Positions 17,559 to 28,187 of a DNA stretch of 64,000 nt are shown in pieces (position 1 is the stretch's first letter; each line of letters begins with the position of its first letter). This DNA comes from Gemmatimonadota bacterium (lineage in GTDB: Bacteria; Gemmatimonadota; Gemmatimonadetes; Gemmatimonadales; GWC2-71-9). The notes beneath the pieces are model-generated. The model was not told the origin of the DNA. It did not search any database and worked only from the letters and a program-made list of their open reading frames with translations. The translations under genes were made by a program, and so were the position numbers. Where the stretch lies: NCBI GenBank assembly GCA_039588335.1, contig JBDGZZ010000022.1, positions 1,963-65,962 on the forward strand, in the 5' to 3' direction.

Positions 17559-20366
17559 ATGAGCCGCCGGAGCCTAGGCGTCGCCTTGGCTGGTGTTGCC
17601 ATCTTTGGAACATGGCACGCTTCGCCAGTCAGTGCGCAGTCCCACGACTCGACGTATGCCGCCAGAATCAGTGAATACACCACCGACGATCGTTTCATCA
17701 ATGAACTGGTGGACCATCTGCCACTGTCGGCGGAGGTGCCGTCGCCCATGGATCATTTCGGCACGATCATAGGGGCGCCCGACATTCTTCATACAACAAC
17801 CGACATCTACGGTTACATGAGGGCTCTGGAATCGGCTTCGTTGCGGGTAGCGGTCCGGGCAATCGGGAAGACCGAAGAGAACCGTGACATGATAGAGGTC
17901 GTGATCGCGGACGAGAATACGATCGCTGATTTGGAGCGCTATCGGGGCTACCTCAATGCGATTGCCGACCCCCGTGGGATCAGTGACGAAGAGGCACAAG
18001 CACTTCTGGCAGATGCGAAGCCGGTCTATTACGTGATGGCTGGCCTGCATTCTCCCGAGACCGGCCCCCCCGAGATGGTGATGGAACTAGCGTACCGGCT
18101 TGCGGTCGAGGAATCGTCATTCATCCGGGCCATTAGAGACAACGTCATCGTGGTCATCTTGCCCGTGGCAGAGCCTGACGGGCGCGACCGGATGGTAGAT
18201 GCTTACCGGTACAAGAAAGCGAATCGTGAAGTTGGTCCGTCCCTGCGGTATTGGGGTAAGTACGTCGCTCATGACAACAACCGCGATGGCTATGGCCTGG
18301 GGCTGGCATTGACTCGCAACGTGTTGGGGTCGTTCATGCACTGGAAGCCCACCGTGATGCACGATCTGCATGAGTCGGGATACTTCCTCTACGTATCGAC
18401 TGGGACTGGCCCGTACAATCAGGAAATAGATGCACTGACGATAGACGAGTGGCACAACATAGCGCACGAAGAAGTGACGCAGCTGACCAAATACGGCATG
18501 CCAGGAGTATGGACACACGCGTTCTACACCGGATGGGCTGCCAACTACCTGTCTTGGATTGCAAACACACGCAACAGCATTGGCCGCTTCTACGAGACTC
18601 TGGGTAACGGGGGAGCCGATACCCGGGAACGCGAACTACCTGCCCGTGCGACGTCTAGAGAGTGGTATCGCCCGAGTCCGCCGTTGGAGAAAGTGACGTG
18701 GTCACTGAGGAACAACACCAATTACATGCAGAGTGGAGTCCTAGTTGCACTCAAGTACGCTGCGGACAATCGCGAGGACTTCGTGGAGAACTTCTACCTA
18801 CGAGGAAAGCGAGCGGTCGAGCGTGGCCGGACGGAGGCTCCATTCGCCTGGGTGATCCCGCAAGGACAGCGGCGGCCGACGGCGGCGGCCAACCTGGCCA
18901 ACCTCATGCTGCAGCAGGGAGTTGAGTTACATGTAGCGGAGCGGGAGCTCGAATGGTTCTCTGACTCTGCTGCGGACGAGCGGAGTACAGCAGCAGAAGG
19001 GTCGTTTGTGATTCGCATGGATCAGCCGTACCGCACCGTGGTACAGGTCCTGTTTGGTGAGCAGGAGTTCCCGAGCGGTGCGACTCCACCCTACGATGAT
19101 GTGGGCTGGACGCTTCCGTATCTCCATGGAGTGGAGGCAATTCCGGTAGCTGATTCGAGCATTCTGGAAGCCAGAATGCGGCCGCTTGCAGAGCCGGTGG
19201 CCCACAGCGGCAGATTCGAGGGTAAGAATCGTTCCTACTACCTGGTCAACAACACCACCGACGACAATGTCACCATGTTCAGATTCCGGCTGGGTGACGT
19301 TCAGATGGAGGCCGCGGAACAGGAATTCGTGATCGACGACCGTACCTATAGCAGCGGGAGTCTCATCATTCGGTCAGAGGGAAACGCACAAGAGGTCGTA
19401 GAACGAGTGGAGGCCGTTGCCGAGGACCTTGGGATCGAGGTGACGGGTGTACGGGACCGTCCGGCTGTGAGCACTCACGACCTGGATGTCCCACGGATAG
19501 CTCTGGTGCACACGTGGGTGTCGACTCCGCAGGATGCAGGATGGTGGCGTCTCACCTTCGACCGATTCGAGATTCCCTATAGCTATCTCTCAGAGCAGGA
19601 TCTGGCGGTGAACGATCTGAGTGAGTTCGATGTCGTGATCATGCCCAATCACCGGGCGAGTCCCCAGAACCTGGTGAGCGGTACCACGGTAGTCGGTGAT
19701 CCGATTCCCTGGCAAAGAACGGACGAGTACTCGGCCATCGGGATCATTGACGAGACTTCAGATTTGAGGCAGGGAATGGGATATGAGGGCCTGAAGAACC
19801 TCAAATCCTTCGTGGAACGGGGAGGCGTGTTCATTACTGAGGGGAGCGCAGCAGCCTTTCCGATCCACATGGCCATAACGCGACGGGTGAGTATCAGAGC
19901 ACCGCGTCAACTAGTCGCTCGTGGCTCGGTGCTCAAGACCAGCGTGGAAGACGATACGAGTCCGATCGTGTACGGGTATCCGGAGTCTGTCGGAGCCTAT
20001 TTCAGCTCGCAGCCCGTATTTCAGGTGGACAAGAACGACGGTGGTACGAGCTCACCCGAATGGCTACGGGACGAGGTATGGGAAAAAGAGATCCCACGGG
20101 TCGTATTGAGTTTCGCGGAGAAGGACGTGCTCATGAGTGGTATGCTGAGTGGCGAGAGTGAGATTGCCGGCACACCGGCAATCGTAGACGTACCCGTGGG
20201 GCAGGGACACGTAGTGCTGTTCGCTATCAGGCCATTCTGGCGTCTGGAGACATTCGGCAGTCACGCATTCGTGTTCAACACGATGCTTCACTGGAACGAC
20301 CTTCGTGTGGGGTGGCCCACACGTCCGGTCGAGGAGGAAGATGAAACGGTAGCTGGAGGTCGATAG
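17559..20366 (+). CDS. secreted large M14-family metallocarboxypeptidase-like protein
   Basis: ATG 17559 is preceded by AGGGAGGA. Signal peptide MSRRSLGVALAGVAIFG...VSAQ. Zn motif AGLHSPETGPPE. Confidence 0.85.
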   Translation: MSRRSLGVALAGVAIFGTWHASPVSAQSHDSTYAARISEYTTDDRFINELVDHLPLSAEVPSPMDHFGTIIGAPDILHTTTDIYGYMRALESASLRVAVRAIGKTEENRDMIEVVIADENTIADLERYRGYLNAIADPRGISDEEAQALLADAKPVYYVMAGLHSPETGPPEMVMELAYRLAVEESSFIRAIRDNVIVVILPVAEPDGRDRMVDAYRYKKANREVGPSLRYWGKYVAHDNNRDGYGLGLALTRNVLGSFMHWKPTVMHDLHESGYFLYVSTGTGPYNQEIDALTIDEWHNIAHEEVTQLTKYGMPGVWTHAFYTGWAANYLSWIANTRNSIGRFYETLGNGGADTRERELPARATSREWYRPSPPLEKVTWSLRNNTNYMQSGVLVALKYAADNREDFVENFYLRGKRAVERGRTEAPFAWVIPQGQRRPTAAANLANLMLQQGVELHVAERELEWFSDSAADERSTAAEGSFVIRMDQPYRTVVQVLFGEQEFPSGATPPYDDVGWTLPYLHGVEAIPVADSSILEARMRPLAEPVAHSGRFEGKNRSYYLVNNTTDDNVTMFRFRLGDVQMEAAEQEFVIDDRTYSSGSLIIRSEGNAQEVVERVEAVAEDLGIEVTGVRDRPAVSTHDLDVPRIALVHTWVSTPQDAGWWRLTFDRFEIPYSYLSEQDLAVNDLSEFDVVIMPNHRASPQNLVSGTTVVGDPIPWQRTDEYSAIGIIDETSDLRQGMGYEGLKNLKSFVERGGVFITEGSAAAFPIHMAITRRVSIRAPRQLVARGSVLKTSVEDDTSPIVYGYPESVGAYFSSQPVFQVDKNDGGTSSPEWLRDEVWEKEIPRVVLSFAEKDVLMSGMLSGESEIAGTPAIVDVPVGQGHVVLFAIRPFWRLETFGSHAFVFNTMLHWNDLRVGWPTRPVEEEDETVAGGR

Positions 20367-20411
20367 ACCGCCAGCGGAAGGGTCCGGCGGCTGATTGCCC
20401 TCGAGCGACGA

Positions 20412-21602
20412 TTAGGCGGTACTGGTTGTAGGTGCCCGGTCTGGTTCGGGCCGACCCAACCTGCGGAGCCAGTGGAAGTGCGACGACATGGCCGAGCGCA
20501 GAGACCTGTGCGAGTGGTACTTCACACCGAACTTCCTGCATACCGACTCTACGATGGGTGCCAGATCAGCGTAGTGAAGGTGACAGATTTTCGGGAACAA
20601 GTGATGTTCGATCTGAAAGTTGAGTCCACCGACGTACCAGGTGAGCAGTCTGTTGTGCCTGGCGAAATCGACGGTACTGGCTGCCTGATGCACCGCCCAT
20701 TCATCTTCCATCCGATTCGATCCGTCGACCGGGACTGGGAAATCCGCCTCTTCCACACAGTGCGCCATCTGAAACACGATGCCCAGTACGACGCCTATCG
20801 CTAGGGCAGTGAAACAATAGAACAGTGCGACAAGCCAGAATGGGTGTAACATCGCCGGTATCACAAACGCGAGCGTGACAAATGCCGCCTTGCCGCCCAG
20901 GAAAACAGCCAGGTCTTTGCCGCGGGGTCGCGGGATCGTCCGAGCGCCAACATGGCCTCTTATGAGTTCCTTGTAGTCGTCCACCAGGTGCCACTTCAGT
21001 GCGACAAAACCGTATAGCGGCCACATGTAGAAGTGCTGGAACCGGTGGAAGCCGTAGCGTGGCTGCTGCGGCGCCAATCGCCCCAAGGGACCGATATTGA
21101 TGTCGTCGTCGGCGCCGTCGATGTTCGTGTAACTGTGGTGTAAGACGTTGTGCTTCCAGCGCCACAGATACGAACTCCCGCCGATAACGTCCAGGGTCTT
21201 GGCGGCGATGCCATTGATGATCTTGAAGTTGGAGTAGCCGCCATGGGAACCGTCGTGCTGTATGTCCATCCCGATAGCTGCGGCAGCCAAGGCCAGTGAC
21301 ACTGCCAATCCGAGTGCCACCCACCACACGTTGGCCACGAAGACCAACAGGAGATATGAGGTAGTGAACCAGGTCAGGATGATGCCTGACTTGACGTACA
21401 TGCTTGGCAAGTCACGCGGGGGACGTCGGGACGAGTCGAAGTACTCTGTCACTCGTGCCTTGAGTTCAGCGTGGAACTCCGACGCTTTGGCGAACTTTAT
21501 TGTAATGCTACCCAGGCTTTCGCTCCTTGTGTACTTTAGGCGCTGGCTGCTGCGCCCATCTGTACCATGGGCTGGCTTTCGGTCGTCTTGAGGTAGGCGC
21601 AC
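20412..21602 (-). CDS. membrane fatty-acid desaturase (di-iron, three His boxes)
   Basis: HDGSHG, HNVLHH and QIEHHLFP boxes. The start is uncertain: GTG 21602 overlaps the upstream gene by 67 nt, whereas CTG 21515 has a perfect AAGGAG 7 nt upstream. Confidence 0.9.
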   Translation of the reverse strand: MRLPQDDRKPAHGTDGRSSQRLKYTRSESLGSITIKFAKASEFHAELKARVTEYFDSSRRPPRDLPSMYVKSGIILTWFTTSYLLLVFVANVWWVALGLAVSLALAAAAIGMDIQHDGSHGGYSNFKIINGIAAKTLDVIGGSSYLWRWKHNVLHHSYTNIDGADDDINIGPLGRLAPQQPRYGFHRFQHFYMWPLYGFVALKWHLVDDYKELIRGHVGARTIPRPRGKDLAVFLGGKAAFVTLAFVIPAMLHPFWLVALFYCFTALAIGVVLGIVFQMAHCVEEADFPVPVDGSNRMEDEWAVHQAASTVDFARHNRLLTWYVGGLNFQIEHHLFPKICHLHYADLAPIVESVCRKFGVKYHSHRSLRSAMSSHFHWLRRLGRPEPDRAPTTSTA

Positions 21603-22970
21603 GGATCGTGGTGCAGCGCTCCCTCAGGAAGCCACTCCCAAAGTGGCCCGAGATCCTTTCGTACGCGATTGACGAAGAACTCGGGCAGGTCCGTTGTCTC
21701 ACCGTCGAAATAGCGCTTGAAATGGGTGTCTGTGTCAAGTCGACTACGCACTTCGGAGTAGTATCCGATCCGCCCGAACCCTTCGGAGGATATAGCGCGC
21801 ACAACGTTCATCCAACGAGGGATCCTTGCCTTCACGGCCCGGAACCGTCTGAATATCGAACGCCATGAGAATGTATGTTTGCTCAAGTCGATCACGCGAT
21901 CGTAGAAGTCAGGCCACGAGTAGTTCTTGGGCCGAATGTTCATGGCGTGGTTGTTGTTCAGGAAATGGAACGGGAATGGTAGGATCCTCCCATCACGTTG
22001 ATACGTGAGATTTAGTGGGGCGGCGCTACCGAATCCGGACAGCAAGGAGTAGCCGGGAAACGCTCCCGGTGTGAGATCCACGAATTGTCTGTTTCCCGGT
22101 CTTGGATTTGTTCCCCAGATCATACCACGATTCGATGCCCGGCAGCATGGCCTTGAAACCATTCCGTTTGAGCCGTTTGAGCCGTGGCTCTGATAGCAGA
22201 GACAAGCTGCTCTCTGCTACGAAATCGATGCTGTCGGGCGGGGCGGCTTCCTCGATTGCGTCGAGGAAGGAGTCGAATCTCACGCCGAAGTTGGGGTCAT
22301 GCCACCCTACGCGTGGGCGGCGGTACTTCTGTCGCAGAAAAATGAGATCTTCTTTGATCACGTCCAGATCGAGGCTTTGATGGGGTACCTCCGAGTCGAT
22401 GCAGAAACTGCACGTGTACGGACAACCGAGGCTGCCGAGCATCGGCACGATCTTGATGAGCGGAGCTTTCTTGAGTGTCTGTTCAATGAACTTCCACCGC
22501 TCGCGCACTCCGGGAAGCTCGGTAGGCTGTTGGCCAGCCGATAGTAGAACGCCACGGTCGCGGTGAGGAGCGGGATCGTAAAGGAGGTCGGCGACGGTCT
22601 GCTTGTCAGTGAACCCGAATACGTAGTCAAAATACAACTGTGAGTCTTGCGGGTAGCAACGCGCGTGCGGACCACCGAGTATCGTGATCGCACCCTTCGA
22701 GCGGAAGAGGTTGCTCAACGCGTACGCCAGTTGTGCTGATTGAGAAAAAGCACTCATGAACACGAGATCGACGTCGGCCGGCAACTCGTCGACGATATCT
22801 TCCAGGCCAGTGTAGCAGATGAAAGTCACTTCGTGTCCCTCATCTTCGCACCACTTGGCCACAACCTGGGACATGATGCCCGCCAGATTTGCATGCATCA
22901 GGCGAGCATATAAGGATCGATTTGGACCCTTGGTTACAAGGTCAAGAACGCCGATTCTGAGTCTGCGCAC
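21536..22970 (-). pseudogene. B12-binding-domain radical SAM protein, interrupted by a 1-nt frameshift near 22092-22097
   Basis: ORF 22026-23390 carries the B12-binding-like domain and CPYTCSFC (CxxxCxxC). It ends 20 codons after GIESWYDLGNKSKTG. ORF 21536-22162 continues plausibly in the +1 frame (FVDLTPGAFPGYSLLSGFGSAAPLNL...). The probable start is GTG 22970, because the upstream part of the track ORF overlaps the GH15 gene. Confidence 0.7.
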
Positions 22971-23192
22971 GGGAACTCTCAGACGGGAGAAGGATGGAGC
23001 AAGATACCGGTAGATGGTGAAATGGCAAGTGGGACACCGGTTTGCGGGCGTTGCATGAGTCCGGGCTGCCGGTGGACGAGCCTTGATGTGGGCCCGTACA
23101 TTGGGAATACAGGAGGTCCCGGTGAGCCCAGTACGAATCAACTCCGGTAGGGCATGGGGAGTGACAATACAAGGCATGAGATCGAGGTCCGA

Positions 23193-25028
23193 ATGAGCTA
23201 CAAGCCAATCGAAGACTATGGGATCATTGGCAACATGCACACGGCCGCACTGGTGGGTGTCGACGGCTCCATCGACTGGTACTGCTATCCACATTTCGAT
23301 TCGCCCAGTGTTTTCGGGGCTATTCTCGATGAGCGCAATGGGGGACATTTCAAAGTCTGTCCAGTACGACCAGACGTCACTCGCAAGCAATTCTATTGGC
23401 CCGACACAAACGTCCTGGTGACTCGGTTCCTAACCGCTGATGGAGTTGGACAGGTCGTCGACTACATGCCGGTGGACGTTCAGAAGGGCGACGCTGGATA
23501 TCATTGGCTCATCAGACGTATCCAGGTTGTTCGGGGGAGCATGGCGTTCCACATGGAATGCCGCCCCGCGTTCAACTACGCCCGGATGGAACATGAGGTG
23601 GCCATCTCTGACGAAGGGGCATGTTTCCTTTCTCGGGATCTGAACCTTGGACTGGCAACGCGATTGCCACTGGAACGCGACGATGCAGGAGTGAGCTGCG
23701 ATTTCACTCTCGCTGAGGGTGAGAGTGCGATCTTGGCACTGCGCGAGGTAGAGGGAGGCCGAGGTTGTGGGATTGGCCTGTCCGAGCAGGAGGCCTTCGA
23801 GGTTTTCAACCGCACTGTTCAGTACTGGCGGCACTGGCTGTCGCAATGCACTTACCAAGGGCGGTGGCGTGAGGCGGTGCATCGGTCGGCGCTTGCCCTC
23901 AAGCTCCTCACTTACGAGCCGACGGGTGCGATCGTAGCAGCGCCAACTTGCAGCTTGCCGGAATCCATAGGAGGCGTGCGGAACTGGGACTACCGATACA
24001 CCTGGATCCGGGACGCTGCGTTCACGTTGTATGCATTTATGCGCATCGGGTTCACCGAGGAGGCTGCCGGATTCACGCACTTCCTCGAGAAGATCTTCCA
24101 AGATGCCAAGCGCGGCGAAGGCTTGCAGATCATGTACGGCATCGACGGCCGCCGAACCTTGACAGAGGAAGTGTTGGAGCATCTGGAGGGGTACAGAGAG
24201 TCACGCCCGGTTCGGATCGGAAACGGTGCTCATGACCAACTGCAACTGGACATATATGGCGAGTTGTTGGATTCAGCCTACCTGTACGACAAGTATCGCA
24301 CGCCGATCTCATACGACGGGTGGGTCAGAATACGGGAGTTCGTAGATTGGGTGTGTGACAATTGGGGTCGCAAAGATGAAGGGATTTGGGAGGTCAGGGG
24401 CGGTCGCCAGCATTTCCTATACTCGAAGCTAATGTGCTGGGTTGCAATCGACCGCGGGTTGCGACTCGCTAACAAGCGATCGTTCCCGGGCGACCGCCGC
24501 AGATGGCTGGCCGAACGGGACCGGATTTTCGAAGAGATCATGAAAAAGGGATGGAGTGAGAAGAGGGGAGCCTTCGTTCAGTATTACGGCGGTGAGGCTC
24601 TCGACGCCGCCAGTCTGATCATGCCGCTGGTGTTCTTTCTGTCGCCAACTGATCCCAGAGTTCTCGGGACAATAGACGCGATCTGCGAGTCGCCCGAGCG
24701 AGGTGGTCTGTTGTCGAACAGCTTGGTGTACCGTTACAACGCGAGTGCGGGCGTAGATGGCCTAGCTGGCGACGAGGGCACGTTCAATATGTGTACGTTC
24801 TGGCTTGTCGAGGCACTGACACGGGCCGGACGCGTTTATCCTGAGCGGCTCGATCAGGCGCGGTTGACGTTCGAGGAGATGCTAGGTTATGCCAATCACC
24901 TCGGGCTCTATGGCGAGGAGACCGGTCACAGCGGCGAGGCACTTGGGAATTTCCCCCAGGCGTTTACACACCTTTCGTTGATCAGTGCGGCGTTCAACCT
25001 AGATCGCGAGCTTGGTGGCGGAGACTAG
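23193..25028 (+). CDS. glycoside hydrolase family 15 protein (glucoamylase/trehalase-like)
   Basis: [15 protein letters not shown]-terminus, [15 protein letters not shown] motif, (alpha/alpha)6-type C-terminal part. Confidence 0.9.
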   Translation: MSYKPIEDYGIIGNMHTAALVGVDGSIDWYCYPHFDSPSVFGAILDERNGGHFKVCPVRPDVTRKQFYWPDTNVLVTRFLTADGVGQVVDYMPVDVQKGDAGYHWLIRRIQVVRGSMAFHMECRPAFNYARMEHEVAISDEGACFLSRDLNLGLATRLPLERDDAGVSCDFTLAEGESAILALREVEGGRGCGIGLSEQEAFEVFNRTVQYWRHWLSQCTYQGRWREAVHRSALALKLLTYEPTGAIVAAPTCSLPESIGGVRNWDYRYTWIRDAAFTLYAFMRIGFTEEAAGFTHFLEKIFQDAKRGEGLQIMYGIDGRRTLTEEVLEHLEGYRESRPVRIGNGAHDQLQLDIYGELLDSAYLYDKYRTPISYDGWVRIREFVDWVCDNWGRKDEGIWEVRGGRQHFLYSKLMCWVAIDRGLRLANKRSFPGDRRRWLAERDRIFEEIMKKGWSEKRGAFVQYYGGEALDAASLIMPLVFFLSPTDPRVLGTIDAICESPERGGLLSNSLVYRYNASAGVDGLAGDEGTFNMCTFWLVEALTRAGRVYPERLDQARLTFEEMLGYANHLGLYGEETGHSGEALGNFPQAFTHLSLISAAFNLDRELGGGD

Positions 25029-25771
25029 CCCGGTTCCCTGAGTCCAGCAGCGGCGTCGCGGTCCAACATCCAGGTTACGGTGCCGTCTGAGGGTCGTACG
25101 AGGCTCGCCGGCAACCGCCGGTCACCCCCAAGCTTCTTTGAGCTGAAGATCTGGGCGAGGACCGCAGCCTTCTCTCTTCCCGCCACGATAAACATCACTT
25201 GACGTGCGGCATTGATTGTCCGCAGGCTAAACGACACTCGATCCCGTGGTGGGGCCGGACTCAACGTGGCCACCACGAGGCGTTCCTCGCTCTCCAGATT
25301 TGCCGTGCCGGGGAACAGTGATGCCGTATGTCCGTCCGACCCGATCCCCAGCAGGATCAGATCGAAGCGCGGTGCGCGGCGCCCCAAGCACCGTTCAAGC
25401 TCGTCAGCGTAGAGTGAGGCCGCGGTGCCCGGGTTTGCTTCTCCTTGAATCCTGTGAATCGCTTCCGTTCGCACGTTCACCTGAGATACGAAGGCCTTGA
25501 CTGCCATGCGGTAGTTACTGTCCGGATGATCGGGAGGTACCGAGCGCTCGTCGCTCCAAAAGAGATCGACACGCTCCCAGTTCACCCGTCGCCTGAACTC
25601 ATCCCGGGCCAGCAGGTCGTAAGCCCCCCGCGGAGTATTACCGCCAGCCAACGCCAAATTGCACGTCCCGCGTGCTGCAATCGTTTCTTCAACCAGGTTT
25701 AATAGTTCGGATGCCACGGCCCGGTGCAGCTCTGCTGGGTCAGCGAGAATCAGGGAGCGATCTTGGTGCAT
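25025..25771 (-). CDS. pgl: 6-phosphogluconolactonase
   Basis: [18 protein letters not shown] and [15 protein letters not shown] motifs. Confidence 0.9.
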   Translation of the reverse strand: MHQDRSLILADPAELHRAVASELLNLVEETIAARGTCNLALAGGNTPRGAYDLLARDEFRRRVNWERVDLFWSDERSVPPDHPDSNYRMAVKAFVSQVNVRTEAIHRIQGEANPGTAASLYADELERCLGRRAPRFDLILLGIGSDGHTASLFPGTANLESEERLVVATLSPAPPRDRVSFSLRTINAARQVMFIVAGREKAAVLAQIFSSKKLGGDRRLPASLVRPSDGTVTWMLDRDAAAGLREPG

Positions 25772-27245
25772 GGAGGTTTGCGAGGTCGACTGGTGGGTGC
25801 CACACGTGACCGGACCGGGCGAGCAGAGCGTCGGCCTCGCTCGGGCCCCATGTTCCTGCAGGATATGGATGTGTTGGCAAACCGGCGCCGAGGAGCGGTT
25901 CGTAGAGCTGCCACGATGTCTCCGCTTCTCCGGCGTGCACGAACAGAGTCTGATCCCCTTTCAACACGTCCAACAGCAGAGTCTGGTATGCATCGGGAAT
26001 CGGCTCGAATGCCTCATCATAGAAGAAATGGAGCGGTAGAGTCCGAAGCCCAAAGGGTTCTCCCGGAACCTTTACGTCTAGAAACAGAGCGAACCCCTCG
26101 TTTGGCTGCAGCGTGAGCAAGAGGACATTGGGATGCATGTCTCTGACGCCAACCGACTCAAATAGCCAGACAGGTGGGCGGCGAAAGGTCACGGCGATCT
26201 GCGTTACTCGCCGATTCATGCGTTTGCCAGAGCGCACGTAGAATGGCACTCCCTGCCACCTCCACGTGTCGATGCTGAATTTCAAGGCGACGAGAGTCTC
26301 AGTATTCGATTCAGGAAGTACGTCCGGCTCCTCTCTGTAGCCGACTACTTCCTCTCCATCGATCGCGCCCGCTGCATACTGGCCGAACACAACGTCCTGC
26401 GCATCGATCGGTGAAATGGAGTTGAGCAATTTCACTTTCTCGTGGCGGACAGAGTCTGCCGTGAACTCACCAGGCACTTCCATCCCCATGAGAGACAACA
26501 GTTGAGTTACGTGGTTCTGGACCATGTCGCGCAATGCGCCGGTCTTGTCGTAGTAACCAGCTCTGCTACCCACCCCAAGGCTCTCGGCCACGGTGATCTG
26601 AATGCTCTCCACCCGATCTCTGTTCCACACGGACTCGAACAAAGGGTTAGCGAACCGGAAGACGAGCAAGTTCTGGACTGTTTCCTTGCCGAGGTAGTGA
26701 TCTATTCGATAGATCTGTGATTCGTCGAAATAACGGTGGACTAACTCGTTGAGGTCTCGAGCGCTAGTGAGGTCGCGCCCGAAGGGCTTCTCAATCACTA
26801 GGCGGGTCTGACCAGCGCTGCGGTTGAGGTTGGCCTCTCCCAAGCCCGTGATGGTGGACGGGAATGCACCCGGAGGAAGAGAGAGGTAGAAAGTCCGATT
26901 TCCGCTCAGGCCGCGGTTCCGCTCGATCTCCACGATTCGCTCCCCAAGGCGGCGGTAGTCCTCGGGTGTTCCCGACTCCAGCTGCTGATAATGCAACGAG
27001 CCTTGGCACCAGGGAGCCAGTTCTTCGGTTGTCAGGCCTGCCTCCGAGAGGGCGGCGAGAGACCACTCTCGGAATGACGTGTCGTCGTACCCACCGCGGC
27101 GTGATACTGCCAGCACGGAATGCCTCTCACCCAGTTGACCCTGTTTTTGGAGTTGACCCAGAGCCGGCAGGAGCTTGCGACGCATTAGGTCGCCCGTTCC
27201 TCCGAAGATCACGAACAGATGCGGTTCCACGATCCCGGTCTGCAT
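25740..27245 (-). CDS. zwf: glucose-6-phosphate 1-dehydrogenase
   Basis: FVIFGGTGDLMRRKLLPAL and RIDHYLGKE motifs. ATG 27245 lies 1 nt after the gnd stop. Confidence 0.95.
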   Translation of the reverse strand: MQTGIVEPHLFVIFGGTGDLMRRKLLPALGQLQKQGQLGERHSVLAVSRRGGYDDTSFREWSLAALSEAGLTTEELAPWCQGSLHYQQLESGTPEDYRRLGERIVEIERNRGLSGNRTFYLSLPPGAFPSTITGLGEANLNRSAGQTRLVIEKPFGRDLTSARDLNELVHRYFDESQIYRIDHYLGKETVQNLLVFRFANPLFESVWNRDRVESIQITVAESLGVGSRAGYYDKTGALRDMVQNHVTQLLSLMGMEVPGEFTADSVRHEKVKLLNSISPIDAQDVVFGQYAAGAIDGEEVVGYREEPDVLPESNTETLVALKFSIDTWRWQGVPFYVRSGKRMNRRVTQIAVTFRRPPVWLFESVGVRDMHPNVLLLTLQPNEGFALFLDVKVPGEPFGLRTLPLHFFYDEAFEPIPDAYQTLLLDVLKGDQTLFVHAGEAETSWQLYEPLLGAGLPTHPYPAGTWGPSEADALLARSGHVWHPPVDLANLHAPRSLPDSR

Positions 27246-27246
27246 C

Positions 27247-28155
27247 TCAGCTGTCTCGCTTGATTGCGTGACCACCGAACTGGTTTCGCATCGCCGCCAA
27301 GAGTCTATCTGCGTACGACTCGCCATCGCGCGAACGGATCCGCTGAATCAGAGATAGAGCCGTGACTGGGGCGGGTACGTCGAGTTCAATGGACTCATAT
27401 ACGGTCCACCGTCCCTCTCCGGAGTCCTGCACGTACGGAGCGATGTTTTCGAGAGTCTGGTCTTCGGCGAGCGCCCGGGCTGTGAGGTCCAGCAGCCATG
27501 AACGGACTACACTGCCGTGGCGCCAGATCTCAGCTACTTGATGGAGATCCAGCGCGAAGTCCGTCTTGTGTCTCATGAGCGAGAATCCCTCGGCGAACGC
27601 CTGCATCATGCCGTATTCGATTCCGTTGTGTACCATCTTGACGAAGTGACCCGCTCCGGTGGGCCCAACGTGACCCCACCCCTGGTTAGAGCCCGGCGCC
27701 AGGGTCTCAAGAATCGGCTGAATGCGTTCCACGATTCCGTCGGATCCGCCGACCATGAGGGAGTACCCCTCTTTCAGGCCCCATACGCCGCCACTAGTGC
27801 CCACGTCGATAAAATGCATACCGCGTTTCTCGATCGTGGCACCGCGGCGCACAGTGTCCTTGTAGTTGGAATTGCCTCCGTCCAGAATTACGTCGTCACC
27901 GGCCAGTAGCGGCACGAGAGCCTCGATTGTCTCGTCGACCGGGTCGCCTGCTGGAACCATGATCCAGATCGCCCGCGGCGGCGCCAGTTGCTCGACCAGT
28001 GACTCAATGGAATCAGCTGCTGTTGCCCCCACGTCAGCCATGCGATCCACGGCTTCCTTGCTTCGATCGTAGGCCACCACGCGATGATCTCCGTTGAGGA
28101 GCCGCTCAGTCATGTTGGCGCCCATTCGTCCCAAGCCGATCATGCCGAGTTCCAT
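27247..28155 (-). CDS. gnd: 6-phosphogluconate dehydrogenase, decarboxylating (short ~300-aa form)
   Basis: MIGLGRMGANM Rossmann N-terminus, 302 aa, located between pgi and zwf. Confidence 0.9.
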   Translation of the reverse strand: MELGMIGLGRMGANMTERLLNGDHRVVAYDRSKEAVDRMADVGATAADSIESLVEQLAPPRAIWIMVPAGDPVDETIEALVPLLAGDDVILDGGNSNYKDTVRRGATIEKRGMHFIDVGTSGGVWGLKEGYSLMVGGSDGIVERIQPILETLAPGSNQGWGHVGPTGAGHFVKMVHNGIEYGMMQAFAEGFSLMRHKTDFALDLHQVAEIWRHGSVVRSWLLDLTARALAEDQTLENIAPYVQDSGEGRWTVYESIELDVPAPVTALSLIQRIRSRDGESYADRLLAAMRNQFGGHAIKRDS

Positions 28156-28187
28156 GTCATTCCCTTTCTGAAGGATGGGCGGTCTGG

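Noticed and set aside
22971-23390. Upstream 140 codons of the radical SAM track ORF (including a CPTCH-containing stretch and ATG 23177)
   Set aside because: It overlaps the well-supported GH15 start (23193) on the other strand and looks low-complexity. GTG 22970 precedes the conserved RIGVLDLV B12-domain start. ATG 23177 cannot be fully excluded.
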